A stretch of 64,000 nt of DNA from Candidatus Izemoplasmatales bacterium (GCA_050949045.1 JBMNEZ010000001.1:832001-896000), one strand, 5' to 3'. Shown: positions 9,704 through 22,080, numbered from the stretch's first letter. Translations and numbers: made by a program. Notes: a model not told the origin generated them from the sequence alone.

Positions 9704-9704
9704 C

Positions 9705-9743
9705 AAAAACACGCTTTTGGAACCCCAAAAAGCGTGTTTTTTT
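9705..9743 (-). terminator. Terminator after eno
   Basis: AAAAACACGCTTTTGG...CCAAAAAGCGTGTTTTT inverted repeat. Confidence 0.75.
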
Positions 9744-9760
9744 ATTCATAATCTAAATGG

Positions 9761-12609
<2,849 letters not shown>

Positions 12610-12674
12610 ATCCACACTCCTATCGTTAATATTATACTACATTTGAACTGTTAGATAAAGCACTATGACTTTGG

Positions 12675-12688
12675 TGTAAACATTTACA
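12675..12688. promoter_or_regulatory. cre/LacI-family-like operator palindrome
   Basis: TGTAAACATTTACA, one mismatch from the perfect TGTAAACGTTTACA, between divergent gpmI and GH13 promoters. Confidence 0.45.
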
Positions 12689-12724
12689 TACCCATAAATA
12701 GACGAAACGGAATCAACGTTTGTT

Positions 12725-12733
12725 TGTTATAAT
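12725..12733 (+). promoter_or_regulatory. Extended -10 promoter for the GH13 gene
   Basis: TGTTATAAT upstream of the GAGGTG SD and GTG start. Confidence 0.6.
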
Positions 12734-12750
12734 ATTCATGAGGTGATACA

Positions 12751-14811
12751 GTGCGAAAGGGCAAACTGGAAAAACTGGCGAAGGTTCTCGAAAACAAAAT
12801 CGCTTTGGGTAGAATCAACTATGTAGTTCCCGATATCTGGAACGCCTGGGATTATGACGGCCCTGAACTCCGCCGCCTGCCATCAGAAGAGCTATTGGTT
12901 AATCCATACCGGTTTTTCGCCACGCTCATCCGCGAATGGATTCTCATCCATAAGGCTCCCAACACCAACTATCGCCGCTCGTTGTCCGCGATCGATGATA
13001 CCGCTAATAATGGCGACTGGCTTAAGCGCTCGACGCTTTATTCGCTGATGGTTCGCACCAGCGCCGCCTGGGACCATGACCGCTCCCATTCGCTTGATTC
13101 CCGCAACTTCGACAATCTGAAAGAGACCGGCACCTTCGTCAAAGCGCTGGCGCTCCTTCCCTTTTTGGTAAAGATGGGTGTGGATACGATCTACTTGTTG
13201 CCGGTGACCAAGTTTTCTCGAAACAACAAAAAGGGTGAACTCGGCTCCCCCTATGCCGTCTCAAACTACACCGAACTCGATCCGGAACTGAAAGACGATC
13301 TGACCGGCAGCGAGATGACGCTGGACGAAGAGTTCCAGGCTTTTGTCGAGGCTTGCCACATCCTTTCGATCAGAGTGACGATCGATATCATGCCGCGGAC
13401 GATTGCACTTGACAACGCTTATTTAAAAAAACATCCGGAGTGGTTCTACTGGATCAAAGCGAGCGAGGCCCATCTCTACAAGACACCCAAAATCGAGGGT
13501 CTGGGCAATACGTTACCACCTGAAAGCAGGCATATGGAAAAAGTATATGCCTCGGAGGCGGTCAAAAACCATCTCCGGCTCTTCCAAAAAGATCCGAAAG
13601 CCACAGATAAAGACAAATGGCAAAAACTCATCGACGATAATCCCGATGATTTTCTCCAAGAAATATCCAAACGCTTCGACCTGACAGTGGCTCCGGCTTT
13701 TTCCGACCATATCAACGATATTCAGCCACCCTGGACCGACATCACCTTTTTAAGGCTGTATCTGGATCATCCCACCGCAAACATCAAGTATCTCGACAAT
13801 CCCAAGATACCACCGTATATTCTATTCGACACGATCAAAGCCAACCTGCATCCAGGAAAAAAACCGAATAAAGTTCTTTGGCGCGAACTGGCAAAGACCA
13901 TCCCGCATTTCCAAAAACGTTTTGGCATCGATGGCGCCAGGATCGACATGGGGCATGCCCTCCCCGCTGAACTCCTCGAGATGATCATAACGAGGGCAAG
14001 GGATAACGATTCCGATTTCGGGCTTATCGCCGAAGAGCTGAACCCGGACAATGCTAAAAAAGCGAAAGATCTCGGCTACAACATCATGATCGGCAACGGC
14101 TTCTGGATGGAGCCGAGATTCAAAGAGGGCTTTCTCCAGGCCTTCATCGAGCGCGCCATCATATCGGAATTGCCGATGTTCGCCACGCCGGAAACCCACG
14201 ACAGCAAAAGGATCGCCGCCAGAGAAGGCGGGATCGTCCTTTCAAGGATGTTGGCGATTTTCAACATGTTGTTACCCAATCTGGTCCCTTTCATCAATTC
14301 AGGACAGGAATTCTACGAGACGCAACCGATGAATATCGGGGTCGACTGTGTTCCAAAAGATCGCTTCAGCCTCCCAAAAAACGACATTTTTTATGGCAAA
14401 CTCGCCCTTTTCGACAAATACGCCCTCCACTATCTCCATCCCAGACGCTGGGAAATAGCGGATCATCTCCGAGGCATCAAAGAAATCCGCAAACAATGGT
14501 TGAAACAACTGACGGATCCCGAGGCAGCGCTGATTTTGTCCAGTCACGACCATAACAGCCGCTTTATCGCCGTCGGCTACTTCGACAAGGCCTCAGGCAG
14601 TTGTCTTGTCGTCGCCGGCAATCCTGATCCCGCCGTCGACGTCAATGGACATGTCCCGATCACCTTGCTTCGTGAACGCGCGCAAAACCGGAACCTGCAA
14701 GCCAAACTTCTCTATTCCACTTACAGTTTCGGCGGCGATTATAGCGGCTTGACGGACGATTCCCTCTATCTTGGCCTGAAAAAGGGCGAAGTCAAGGTAA
14801 TCTCGTTTTAA
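12751..14811 (+). CDS. GH13 alpha-amylase-family enzyme, maltodextrin glycosyltransferase (maltosyltransferase)-like
   Basis: GARIDMGH (nucleophile), IAEEL (acid/base) and ETHDS. Segments HPEWFYWIK, FSDHINDIQPPWTDITFLRLYLDHP and GKLALFD closely recall Thermotoga maritima maltosyltransferase. Confidence 0.85.
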   Translation: MRKGKLEKLAKVLENKIALGRINYVVPDIWNAWDYDGPELRRLPSEELLVNPYRFFATLIREWILIHKAPNTNYRRSLSAIDDTANNGDWLKRSTLYSLMVRTSAAWDHDRSHSLDSRNFDNLKETGTFVKALALLPFLVKMGVDTIYLLPVTKFSRNNKKGELGSPYAVSNYTELDPELKDDLTGSEMTLDEEFQAFVEACHILSIRVTIDIMPRTIALDNAYLKKHPEWFYWIKASEAHLYKTPKIEGLGNTLPPESRHMEKVYASEAVKNHLRLFQKDPKATDKDKWQKLIDDNPDDFLQEISKRFDLTVAPAFSDHINDIQPPWTDITFLRLYLDHPTANIKYLDNPKIPPYILFDTIKANLHPGKKPNKVLWRELAKTIPHFQKRFGIDGARIDMGHALPAELLEMIITRARDNDSDFGLIAEELNPDNAKKAKDLGYNIMIGNGFWMEPRFKEGFLQAFIERAIISELPMFATPETHDSKRIAAREGGIVLSRMLAIFNMLLPNLVPFINSGQEFYETQPMNIGVDCVPKDRFSLPKNDIFYGKLALFDKYALHYLHPRRWEIADHLRGIKEIRKQWLKQLTDPEAALILSSHDHNSRFIAVGYFDKASGSCLVVAGNPDPAVDVNGHVPITLLRERAQNRNLQAKLLYSTYSFGGDYSGLTDDSLYLGLKKGEVKVISF

Positions 14812-14891
14812 ACATACAAACAAAAAGTTGTCGCTCCTGCAAAATAAAATCAGACTGGCAATGATGGTTCACATCTGAATAATGAGCAATG

Positions 14892-14931
14892 AAAAAGCGT
14901 AGCTGCCAACATCAGATAACTACGCTTTTTT
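14892..14931. terminator. Bidirectional terminator between convergent GH13 and folT
   Basis: AAAAAGCGTAG...CTACGCTTTTTT inverted repeat. Confidence 0.7.
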
Positions 14932-14974
14932 CTTACAGTTGATTCTTAATTCACAAGGCTATTTCGGACGCTTT

Positions 14975-15742
14975 TTATGATTCAATTCGATCGTGCCTTC
15001 CTAACAATTCTCCCAGCAGTTTGAGGATCGGCACCAACAAAACGACATAGGCCACCACTTCGATCGGCATTTTGATGATCCGAAGGGGCAAGAGCGACCA
15101 ATAGGGAACCTGTTGCACAATCGCGATCTGAAGCGGCGTGATGACAAGGGAGACGATCATGTAGATGATCATCACGACAAACAGAAGCCTGGTTCCGTCC
15201 TTGCCGTAACGGCTATTGTTTTTGATAATCAAGTTCAATACCCCGAGAACGATCGCCGAAACGACTCCTGTAGCCAATAACAAATACTTTTCCGTCCGGC
15301 CGAGGCTTTGCGTATAAACATAATCCAGGTTAAAGAAATAAATGCCCGCAGCCAAAAGAAAAAGGCCTAGGAGAACATAATTTGCCAAAAAAAAGAATTT
15401 TTTGCCGGCTTTTGCGCCATTGCAGAAAAAAAGCCCCGGAATCACACCGTACAAAATAGCGTTCAGAGTGAAGACCGGCGAAAAAGTGTAACTGAAAATC
15501 GGCGCGCCGATCAGAAAGATCCCCAGCAAATCCTGGGCGATGCCGCCCATCAGCCCGTAGACGGGCCCAAACAAGATGGAAATCACGATCAAGGGCAGAT
15601 AGCCGATCCCAAAGCGGATAATGGCCGATCCCGTCGGGGGGATCGTTATCGACAGAAAGTAGGTCAGGATGATCCCGATGGCGACCATCAAACCCGTGAA
15701 AATCAGTTTTTGAACTGCTTTTTTTTTCATTTTTCCACTCAC
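14975..15742 (-). CDS. folT: Folate-family ECF transporter S component (FolT-like); start may be ATG 15730
   Basis: IRFGIGYLP, ILFGPVYG..GG...DLLG, FTLNAILYGVIPG and LPLRIIK motifs; highly hydrophobic. Confidence 0.7.
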   Translation of the reverse strand: MSGKMKKKAVQKLIFTGLMVAIGIILTYFLSITIPPTGSAIIRFGIGYLPLIVISILFGPVYGLMGGIAQDLLGIFLIGAPIFSYTFSPVFTLNAILYGVIPGLFFCNGAKAGKKFFFLANYVLLGLFLLAAGIYFFNLDYVYTQSLGRTEKYLLLATGVVSAIVLGVLNLIIKNNSRYGKDGTRLLFVVMIIYMIVSLVITPLQIAIVQQVPYWSLLPLRIIKMPIEVVAYVVLLVPILKLLGELLGRHDRIES

Positions 15743-16405
15743 TTATTCCAAACGGAAGTCAATTGGTTCTTGGTTGGTCGAGATCAGGAAATTGTTGATG
15801 TTGGAAAACGGACGGGAGCCGAAAAATCCACGTGAAGCCGACAGGGGCGAGGGATGGACATTCTCGATCAGGTGATGGATGGGATTGGTTATCAGGGCGC
15901 TTTTGCTTCTGGCATAACTGCCCCACAGGACGAAGACAACCGGCGTTTCCTTCTGGTTCACGAGTTCGATCACGTGGTCGGTGAAGCGTTCCCAGCCGTA
16001 CACCCTGTGGCTGAGCGGCTGATGCTCCCTGACGGAAAGGATCGCGTTGAGTAATAAAATCCCCTGTTTTGCCCAGAAAGTCAAATCTCCAGATTTTGGC
16101 ATTGGATAGCCAAGATCGCTGTTTAGCTCCTTAAAAATATTCTCAAGCGACGGGGGGAAAGGAACTCCGGAGCGGACGGAAAACAAAAGACCCATAACTT
16201 GGTTGGGTCCGTGATAGGGATCCTGCCCCATGATGACAACTTTCGTCTTTTCGCAACTCGAGTACCTGAAAGCGTTGAAAACTTCGTTGATGGCCGGATA
16301 ACAACGATACTTGCGATACTCCTCCTTGATGTTCTCTGTCAACTCCCGGAAATAATCCTTGCGAAACTCCGCCTCGAGGAGTTGATCCCAATCATTGCCG
16401 ATCAT
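15743..16405 (-). CDS. ung: Uracil-DNA glycosylase
   Basis: GQDPYH, PPSLENIFKEL, GILLLN, HPSPLSA. Confidence 0.97.
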   Translation of the reverse strand: MIGNDWDQLLEAEFRKDYFRELTENIKEEYRKYRCYPAINEVFNAFRYSSCEKTKVVIMGQDPYHGPNQVMGLLFSVRSGVPFPPSLENIFKELNSDLGYPMPKSGDLTFWAKQGILLLNAILSVREHQPLSHRVYGWERFTDHVIELVNQKETPVVFVLWGSYARSKSALITNPIHHLIENVHPSPLSASRGFFGSRPFSNINNFLISTNQEPIDFRLE

Positions 16406-16592
16406 GTTGCTTCTTCATTTCCAAACTTGCCTTGACAAGGCACGAGTGCTCAGAACAAGATCCGCAAGCTGGGAACACTTTCTGGTGTTCGCAACTTTCG
16501 GGAGGAGCGGTTTTGGCATTGAGATATAAGCTAACGGCGAATAAGACGATCAGGACGGCGAGGATGCCGATGCCGATCAAGACTGGTCCCAT
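16392..16592 (-). CDS. Small single-TM Cys-rich protein
   Basis: GAGGAG SD; N-terminal TM followed by C-x8-C-x2-C-x4-C; packed between pgm and ung. Confidence 0.7.
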   Translation of the reverse strand: MGPVLIGIGILAVLIVLFAVSLYLNAKTAPPESCEHQKVFPACGSCSEHSCLVKASLEMKKQHDRQ

Positions 16593-16603
16593 GTAAACTC
16601 CTC

Positions 16604-18310
16604 CTAGTCGATTCCCTCGATGATTTTTGTCAGTTCATCGAGTATTTGCCTGATGTTGCCGTTCGCCTCGGCGGCTGTCTTCCCGCTTGAGACGACGTAT
16701 ATTTTCAGTTTTGGCTCAGTTCCCGAAGGCCGAAGAACGAACCAAGAACCGTCTTGAAGCATGTATTTGACGACCTCGGAAGGCGGCAACAACAGCGTCT
16801 CCTGTTCCTGGCCGCGGAAGCGGAGTTTCTGATAATAGTCTTCGATCCATACCACGTCTTTTTCAGCCACACGCTCCAGATGGTATTTGGTGAAGTGCTC
16901 CATGATCCGGTCAATCCGCCTTTTGCCTTCCAAACCGGTGAGCACGATATTCTTGAGCGTTTCGGAGTGATATCCGTATTTCGAAAAGATGTCTTGAAGC
17001 ACTTGATAAAGCGTTTTCCCTTCGGTCATTTGGTAGTAGGCGGCTGCCTCGCTGACGAGCAGGAGAGCTTGCAGAGCATCTTTGTCGCGGACATTGTCGT
17101 CGATGACATAGCCGAAAGACTCCTCATATCCAAAGACAAAGGTTTTGCCGGTTCCCTCGAGATAGCGGGCTTGTTCGCCGATATACTTGAAGCCGGTCAG
17201 GGTGGAGACAACTTCTAGGCCGTGCGCTCTGGCAATTTTAGCACCGAGATCGGAAGTGACAATGGTATTGAAGACGACGCCTTTAGCCGGCAACAACCCC
17301 AAGCGTTTCTTTTCACAAAGAATATAATTGATCAAAAGCGCGCCGGTTTGATTTCCGGAAAGATAATAGTAGCCATAGTCCATCTTGACGGCGACCCCGA
17401 GCCGGTCGGCGTCAGGATCGGTCGCGATCAAGAGATCAGCTCCGATTTTCAACCCCAGTTCCTCAGCCATCGCAAATGCTTTGGGGTCTTCCGGATTCGG
17501 TGAACTGACGGTGGAAAACGCCGGATCGGGGATCATCTGCTCTTCAACGCAAACCACCTTGTATCCGGTGTCCCGAAGCAGTTTAGGCGCCAAAACCGCG
17601 CTCGTTCCATGGAGGGGAGTGAACACGATCTTGATCTTCTTTTCAACTTCCGGATGGATCTGTAGGCCCTTAAGATAATCGAGATACACCTTATCAATTT
17701 TAGGCCCGATTTCTTCAAACAGGTTTTCTTTCTTCAATTCTTCCAGTGTCTTTGTCCCGATCGCAAAGATGTCCTTGACTTCCTCGACTCTCGCGATGAT
17801 CTTCTCGGCGTACTGGGGCGTGTACTGGCAACCGTGTTCGTCATAGATTTTATAGCCGTTGTAGTTCGGCGGGTTGTGGCTGGCGGTGATGACGATGCCG
17901 CTGATCGCTTTTAAATATCTGGTCGCAAACGAAAGCTCGGGCGTCGGTCTCAAGGCGTCGAACAAAAACGATTTGATTCCGTATGCGCCAAGCACTTTTG
18001 CGGACTCAAAAGCAAATTCGCGGGAATACTTGCGGTTGTCGTGAGCGATGACGACTCCGCGTTCAAGATCAGCTGTGGGATAGGTATCGATCAGATACTT
18101 CGCCAGACCGACATTGGCCTTGCGGATCGTGTAGATATTGAGGCGATTGGTTCCGGCTCCGAGCATCCCGCGCATGCCACCGGTCCCGAAAGCGAGCGAA
18201 GTATAGAACATATCCTCAAGTTCGGCTTCTGTCTTGCCTTTCAAGTCTTCACGGAGATCCTCTTGAAGCCCTTCATGATCAAGCCATTCTTGATATGTTT
18301 TTTTCCACAT
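16604..18310 (-). CDS. Phosphoglucomutase/phosphomannomutase
   Basis: FGTGGMRG, TASHNP, DPDADR, GYEES, RPSGTEPKLK. Confidence 0.95.
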   Translation of the reverse strand: MWKKTYQEWLDHEGLQEDLREDLKGKTEAELEDMFYTSLAFGTGGMRGMLGAGTNRLNIYTIRKANVGLAKYLIDTYPTADLERGVVIAHDNRKYSREFAFESAKVLGAYGIKSFLFDALRPTPELSFATRYLKAISGIVITASHNPPNYNGYKIYDEHGCQYTPQYAEKIIARVEEVKDIFAIGTKTLEELKKENLFEEIGPKIDKVYLDYLKGLQIHPEVEKKIKIVFTPLHGTSAVLAPKLLRDTGYKVVCVEEQMIPDPAFSTVSSPNPEDPKAFAMAEELGLKIGADLLIATDPDADRLGVAVKMDYGYYYLSGNQTGALLINYILCEKKRLGLLPAKGVVFNTIVTSDLGAKIARAHGLEVVSTLTGFKYIGEQARYLEGTGKTFVFGYEESFGYVIDDNVRDKDALQALLLVSEAAAYYQMTEGKTLYQVLQDIFSKYGYHSETLKNIVLTGLEGKRRIDRIMEHFTKYHLERVAEKDVVWIEDYYQKLRFRGQEQETLLLPPSEVVKYMLQDGSWFVLRPSGTEPKLKIYVVSSGKTAAEANGNIRQILDELTKIIEGID

Positions 18311-18367
18311 CTTTCTTTCCTCCTAACCTTGACTTCCAAAAGCCATGTTTGCGGATTCAAACCCGAG

Positions 18368-18910
18368 TCAGCGGATGTAGTCGACGATGCCTTCGCGCCT
18401 CGGTTTGACTTCGGGCGCATCCGAAGCGGCATAGCCAAAACAGATTGAAGCGTCATGTTGGTAGCCGTCGGGTATCTTCAGAAAGCGGTTGACTTCAACG
18501 ATGTTGTCTTGTTGATAGATGTAGCGAGACTGTCCGACAATGCAGGAATCGAGTCCGAGCGCCTTGGCGGCGATAGCCATGTTTTGAAGAGCGCAGCCGC
18601 AGTTCATCTCGCTGTAACCTTCGATGACCGAACTCATGATGATGACGGCGGGAGCGTGAAAAAACAGATGGTATCCGGGTTCTTTATGGATTCCGAGTTT
18701 TTTCATGCCTTCAAGCGCGAGCCGGTTGATCTCATCGATTGTGTCCTTGTTCGTGATCACAGTGAAATGCCAGTTCTGCTTGTTTCTCGCCGAAGGTGCG
18801 TGAATCCCGCATTCGACGATCTGTTTTAAAACGGCTTCCGGAACCGGCTTGTCCAAGTAGTTCCGAACGCTTCTCCTTTTCATAATGACGTTGATTGTCT
18901 CATTAGCCAT
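18368..18910 (-). CDS. Nitroreductase family protein
   Basis: RRSVRNY, APSARNKQNWHF, QNMAIAAKALGLDSC; ATG 18910 with GGAGG. Confidence 0.9.
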   Translation of the reverse strand: MANETINVIMKRRSVRNYLDKPVPEAVLKQIVECGIHAPSARNKQNWHFTVITNKDTIDEINRLALEGMKKLGIHKEPGYHLFFHAPAVIIMSSVIEGYSEMNCGCALQNMAIAAKALGLDSCIVGQSRYIYQQDNIVEVNRFLKIPDGYQHDASICFGYAASDAPEVKPRREGIVDYIR

Positions 18911-19817
18911 CAAAAGTTCCCTCCTCGTCCAACAGTCGCTCAAGCGACTTCTTACCAAGTTCCGCCAACCCGTTTTCAAAGGTCAGCCTTGCGAGTTTCA
19001 GACCGCAGCCGACTGCCTGGTCGGCTGACATACCGGATTTTATTCCAAAGATGACTCCCGCAAACAGTGCATCGCCGGCACCGGTGCTCGTCAGGTATCG
19101 GTGCGGTGTCTCCGGGGTTTGTGATTTGATGTTGCCGTTATCGTTATAGACAACCGGATTTTTACCATCTGTGATGACATAGAAAACAGATGATTTGTTA
19201 CAAATGGTCCTGATTGATGCTTCGCCTAGCGGCAAAGCCAAACCGTGCAACGAAGCCAGTTCCTGCCGGTTTACCTTGATTGAGGCAATCTTGTCAAGGA
19301 AAGGCTTGAACCGCAACACTTTAGTTTGGCTTACGCCATCACAATAGATGGGGATCGAATGATAGCGATTGATCAAATAGCCAATCACCATCTCAGGAAG
19401 GTTCGCGTCAAGAACGATGGCGTCAGCCGCCCTGATAAGATTATCATAACGGTTGAAATCAGTGTTTTCAATCTGATCAAGCAAGGAAAAGTCGTTGATC
19501 CCGATTTCAAGAACGCCGTTTTTGTCGCAAGCGGCGAGATAAACCGCTGAAGCGGCGTTTTCAACGGGGATAGGGAGAAACCGGAAACGAGCATCGGCGA
19601 GTCTGTTTGCGATCAGCTTCCCGAAATCATCCTTAGCGAGGGAACTGATCAGGTCGACATCCATTCCGAGGCCCGCAAGAAGCAAAGCGATATTGTGTCC
19701 GACGCCTCCGACAGACACCGTGATCCTTCCGGGATTGGAATCGTTGGCAATCAATGACCCCAAGCACTGTCCAAGCAGATCGACCGCCGTTGCGCCGATC
19801 ACAACGATCTTTTTCAT
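18903..19817 (-). CDS. PfkB-family kinase, pseudouridine kinase-like
   Basis: DSNPG...GGVGHNIA, VLDANL, KVNRQEL, STGAGDAL. Confidence 0.75.
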   Translation of the reverse strand: MKKIVVIGATAVDLLGQCLGSLIANDSNPGRITVSVGGVGHNIALLLAGLGMDVDLISSLAKDDFGKLIANRLADARFRFLPIPVENAASAVYLAACDKNGVLEIGINDFSLLDQIENTDFNRYDNLIRAADAIVLDANLPEMVIGYLINRYHSIPIYCDGVSQTKVLRFKPFLDKIASIKVNRQELASLHGLALPLGEASIRTICNKSSVFYVITDGKNPVVYNDNGNIKSQTPETPHRYLTSTGAGDALFAGVIFGIKSGMSADQAVGCGLKLARLTFENGLAELGKKSLERLLDEEGTFDG

Positions 19818-19819
19818 GG

Positions 19820-20539
19820 CTATTCAAGAATGTCGGTCGTGATGTAATCGACCCCCATTTTGATCAATCTTTCCGCCTGTTCCTTGTCATTGACGGTGAA
19901 GACTGCCACTTTCAATCCTAAAAGATGGTAGCGTTTGATATCGGCTTCGGTTATCTCCGTCGCCAAAATATCCAGATTGAACTGGTTTTTCTGGCAAAGA
20001 TCATAGATCTTCTCGCTCATTTTGTTGGTCAAATAGAAAAGATTGATCTCGGGATAATTCTTCCTAACATAACTGAGATATTTGTCGTTGAAGGAGATGA
20101 GGCTGACATCGTCGGTATTATATTCCTTACGGATCAATTTGACGACATCATCGATGTTTGCGAGCGACAAGCCTTCCTTTAGTTCGATGACTGCATGTTT
20201 CTGGTAAGTCTGGCAGATGGATAGGTAATCGGAAAGCAGCGGAATCACGATCTTGTCGCTCAGATTCCCGGTTTTGCGGTCAATTAGAGTAAACTTCCTG
20301 ATCTCGTCGTAAGAGTAACTCGGGATATGAATATTCAATAAACCGAGCCTTAACAAGGTATCATCATGGGTGATGATGATCTCGCCGTCTTTCGATGCAT
20401 GAACATCACACTCAATCCCATAATAGCTGCGGTTGGCCGCAGCGATAAAAGCGTTGATGGTGTTTTCGGTTTCGATTCCCGACAAGCCTCGATGGGCTAT
20501 CATCCCCCGAAAGTACTTGTCGATTTTGATTGTATTCAT
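19820..20539 (-). CDS. Glycerophosphodiester phosphodiesterase (start could be 20563)
   Basis: IAHRG, ENT, IECDVH, HDDTL, IELK, GVDYITTD. Confidence 0.9.
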   Translation of the reverse strand: MNTIKIDKYFRGMIAHRGLSGIETENTINAFIAAANRSYYGIECDVHASKDGEIIITHDDTLLRLGLLNIHIPSYSYDEIRKFTLIDRKTGNLSDKIVIPLLSDYLSICQTYQKHAVIELKEGLSLANIDDVVKLIRKEYNTDDVSLISFNDKYLSYVRKNYPEINLFYLTNKMSEKIYDLCQKNQFNLDILATEITEADIKRYHLLGLKVAVFTVNDKEQAERLIKMGVDYITTDILE

Positions 20540-20705
20540 AGAAATCACGCTCTCATCCGTCATGGTTTCGCCAATTCAATTGTATCATCAATAATAATGT
20601 TTTGAACACTAAAACGCTAAAAACAAGGTTTTTTTGTCATCCAGAGCAAGATAATAATTTAATAGCGTTCACTGGAATGAAAAAAGCGCCATCGGGCGCC
20701 GAATT

Positions 20706-21143
20706 TTATTTTAGTTCCGCCAATGCGCCCAACACGTCTGTCTTGCCTTTATAAAATGAAATGACTTCATGGTCGACGACATGGACGATCAAAGGTACCG
20801 CAGCGACGCCGATATTCTCGTGGATGTCGCTTTCAAATTTCACAAGAACAAGATAGATTTTGTCCTCAGTCAATGATTGGATTTTATGAAGGATTGTTTG
20901 TTTGATTTCAGAACATGATTGGCAGCCGTTCATGTAAAAATATAGATAATAGTCATCCTCAGGCATCGACAGTTGCATGGAAACATCGCTGATGAACAGT
21001 TCAGGAAAGTCACTGTAGTCGAGTTGATCCTCCGGCTGCAAGGTCGTGGTTGTGGCAACTGTTGACGTTTGTATCTCACAGCCCGCGCCAGCAACAAAAA
21101 GCAAAATCGTAAACCCAAGCAGAAACAGTCCCTTTCTTTTCAT
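20706..21143 (-). CDS. Thioredoxin-fold lipoprotein
   Basis: Signal peptide with AGAG-C lipobox, Thr-rich linker, CQSC and VP (cis-Pro position). Confidence 0.7.
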   Translation of the reverse strand: MKRKGLFLLGFTILLFVAGAGCEIQTSTVATTTTLQPEDQLDYSDFPELFISDVSMQLSMPEDDYYLYFYMNGCQSCSEIKQTILHKIQSLTEDKIYLVLVKFESDIHENIGVAAVPLIVHVVDHEVISFYKGKTDVLGALAELK

Positions 21144-21206
21144 CGCTTTTCACCTCTAAAGAGGATTATACCAGAAATACCGACAAAGACAAAGCCGTAA
21201 ATCAGC

Positions 21207-22061
21207 CTATTCGCTAACCGGCTCACTCTCATCGCTGATCATCCTGAGCGCATAGAGCCGCCGCCACAAGAGGATGATCACGAGAGCGTTCAGCCCCCAC
21301 TTGATCAAGTTGAAAACGCCGAAGATCTCGAGAACCGATTTGAAGGGCATTTCCATCTTATAGATGATGGGCAGATTAATAAAGTAGTTGTAAAGGACCA
21401 TGACGATCGCCGTGAGCAACGCGCTCCCGATCACGATCCAAGTAACGATCGGGCGCTTCTCGGAATCGAAGAGGTTCTGCCGTCGAACCAATATCGCCGT
21501 CGGCGCGATGAAAATCATCGTCGCGATAAAATTCACGCCCTCGTCCATAAAAAGGATAACCGGCGGCGTCGACGGCATGAACACATGGATCAGGTTTGTC
21601 GCAAGGGATACCAAGAGGGCGGTCTTGAAATCAAACCAAAGCAAAGCCATGAAGATCATCAGAGCGGACAGTTCAACCTTCAAAAAATGATATCCGGGAA
21701 CAACCGGAAACTCTAGCAACATGAGAGCGCTGGCCAGTCCGACCATAATCCCCAAAAATGCGATTTTCCTCGTGGAAACCGACTGTTTCAGTTTGCCGGC
21801 CTCACGGAGTTTGGCGACAATGAAGATGATCAGAAAATACAAAGCGAGGATGATCGCATCGAACATCAGAATCTTGAGAGGATCGGCTTCGTCTTGGACT
21901 GCCAGCCCGAATGTAAGACCGGCGATGATGAAAAAACCGGTGATGATCTGCACGACAAGGTGCTTTTTCTCACTGTGCTTCGTCCTCGCCAGCAGATAGA
22001 TGAGCAGAAGCGCAATGACGATGCCGACTACGGAAATGCCAATGATCCATTCATCCGTCAT
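21207..22061 (-). CDS. ribU: Riboflavin ECF S component (RibU-like) with N-terminal TM extension
   Basis: STRKIAFLG, LMLLEFP....FLKVELS and YNYFINLPIY motifs; directly downstream of an FMN riboswitch. Confidence 0.8.
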   Translation of the reverse strand: MTDEWIIGISVVGIVIALLLIYLLARTKHSEKKHLVVQIITGFFIIAGLTFGLAVQDEADPLKILMFDAIILALYFLIIFIVAKLREAGKLKQSVSTRKIAFLGIMVGLASALMLLEFPVVPGYHFLKVELSALMIFMALLWFDFKTALLVSLATNLIHVFMPSTPPVILFMDEGVNFIATMIFIAPTAILVRRQNLFDSEKRPIVTWIVIGSALLTAIVMVLYNYFINLPIIYKMEMPFKSVLEIFGVFNLIKWGLNALVIILLWRRLYALRMISDESEPVSE

Positions 22062-22080
22062 AATCCCAAACCCTCCAAAT

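Noticed and set aside
14825..14931. GGCAATGATGGTTC... segment resembling a fluoride riboswitch start
   Set aside because: The downstream conserved elements are missing and it lies between convergent genes; only the terminator is supported.
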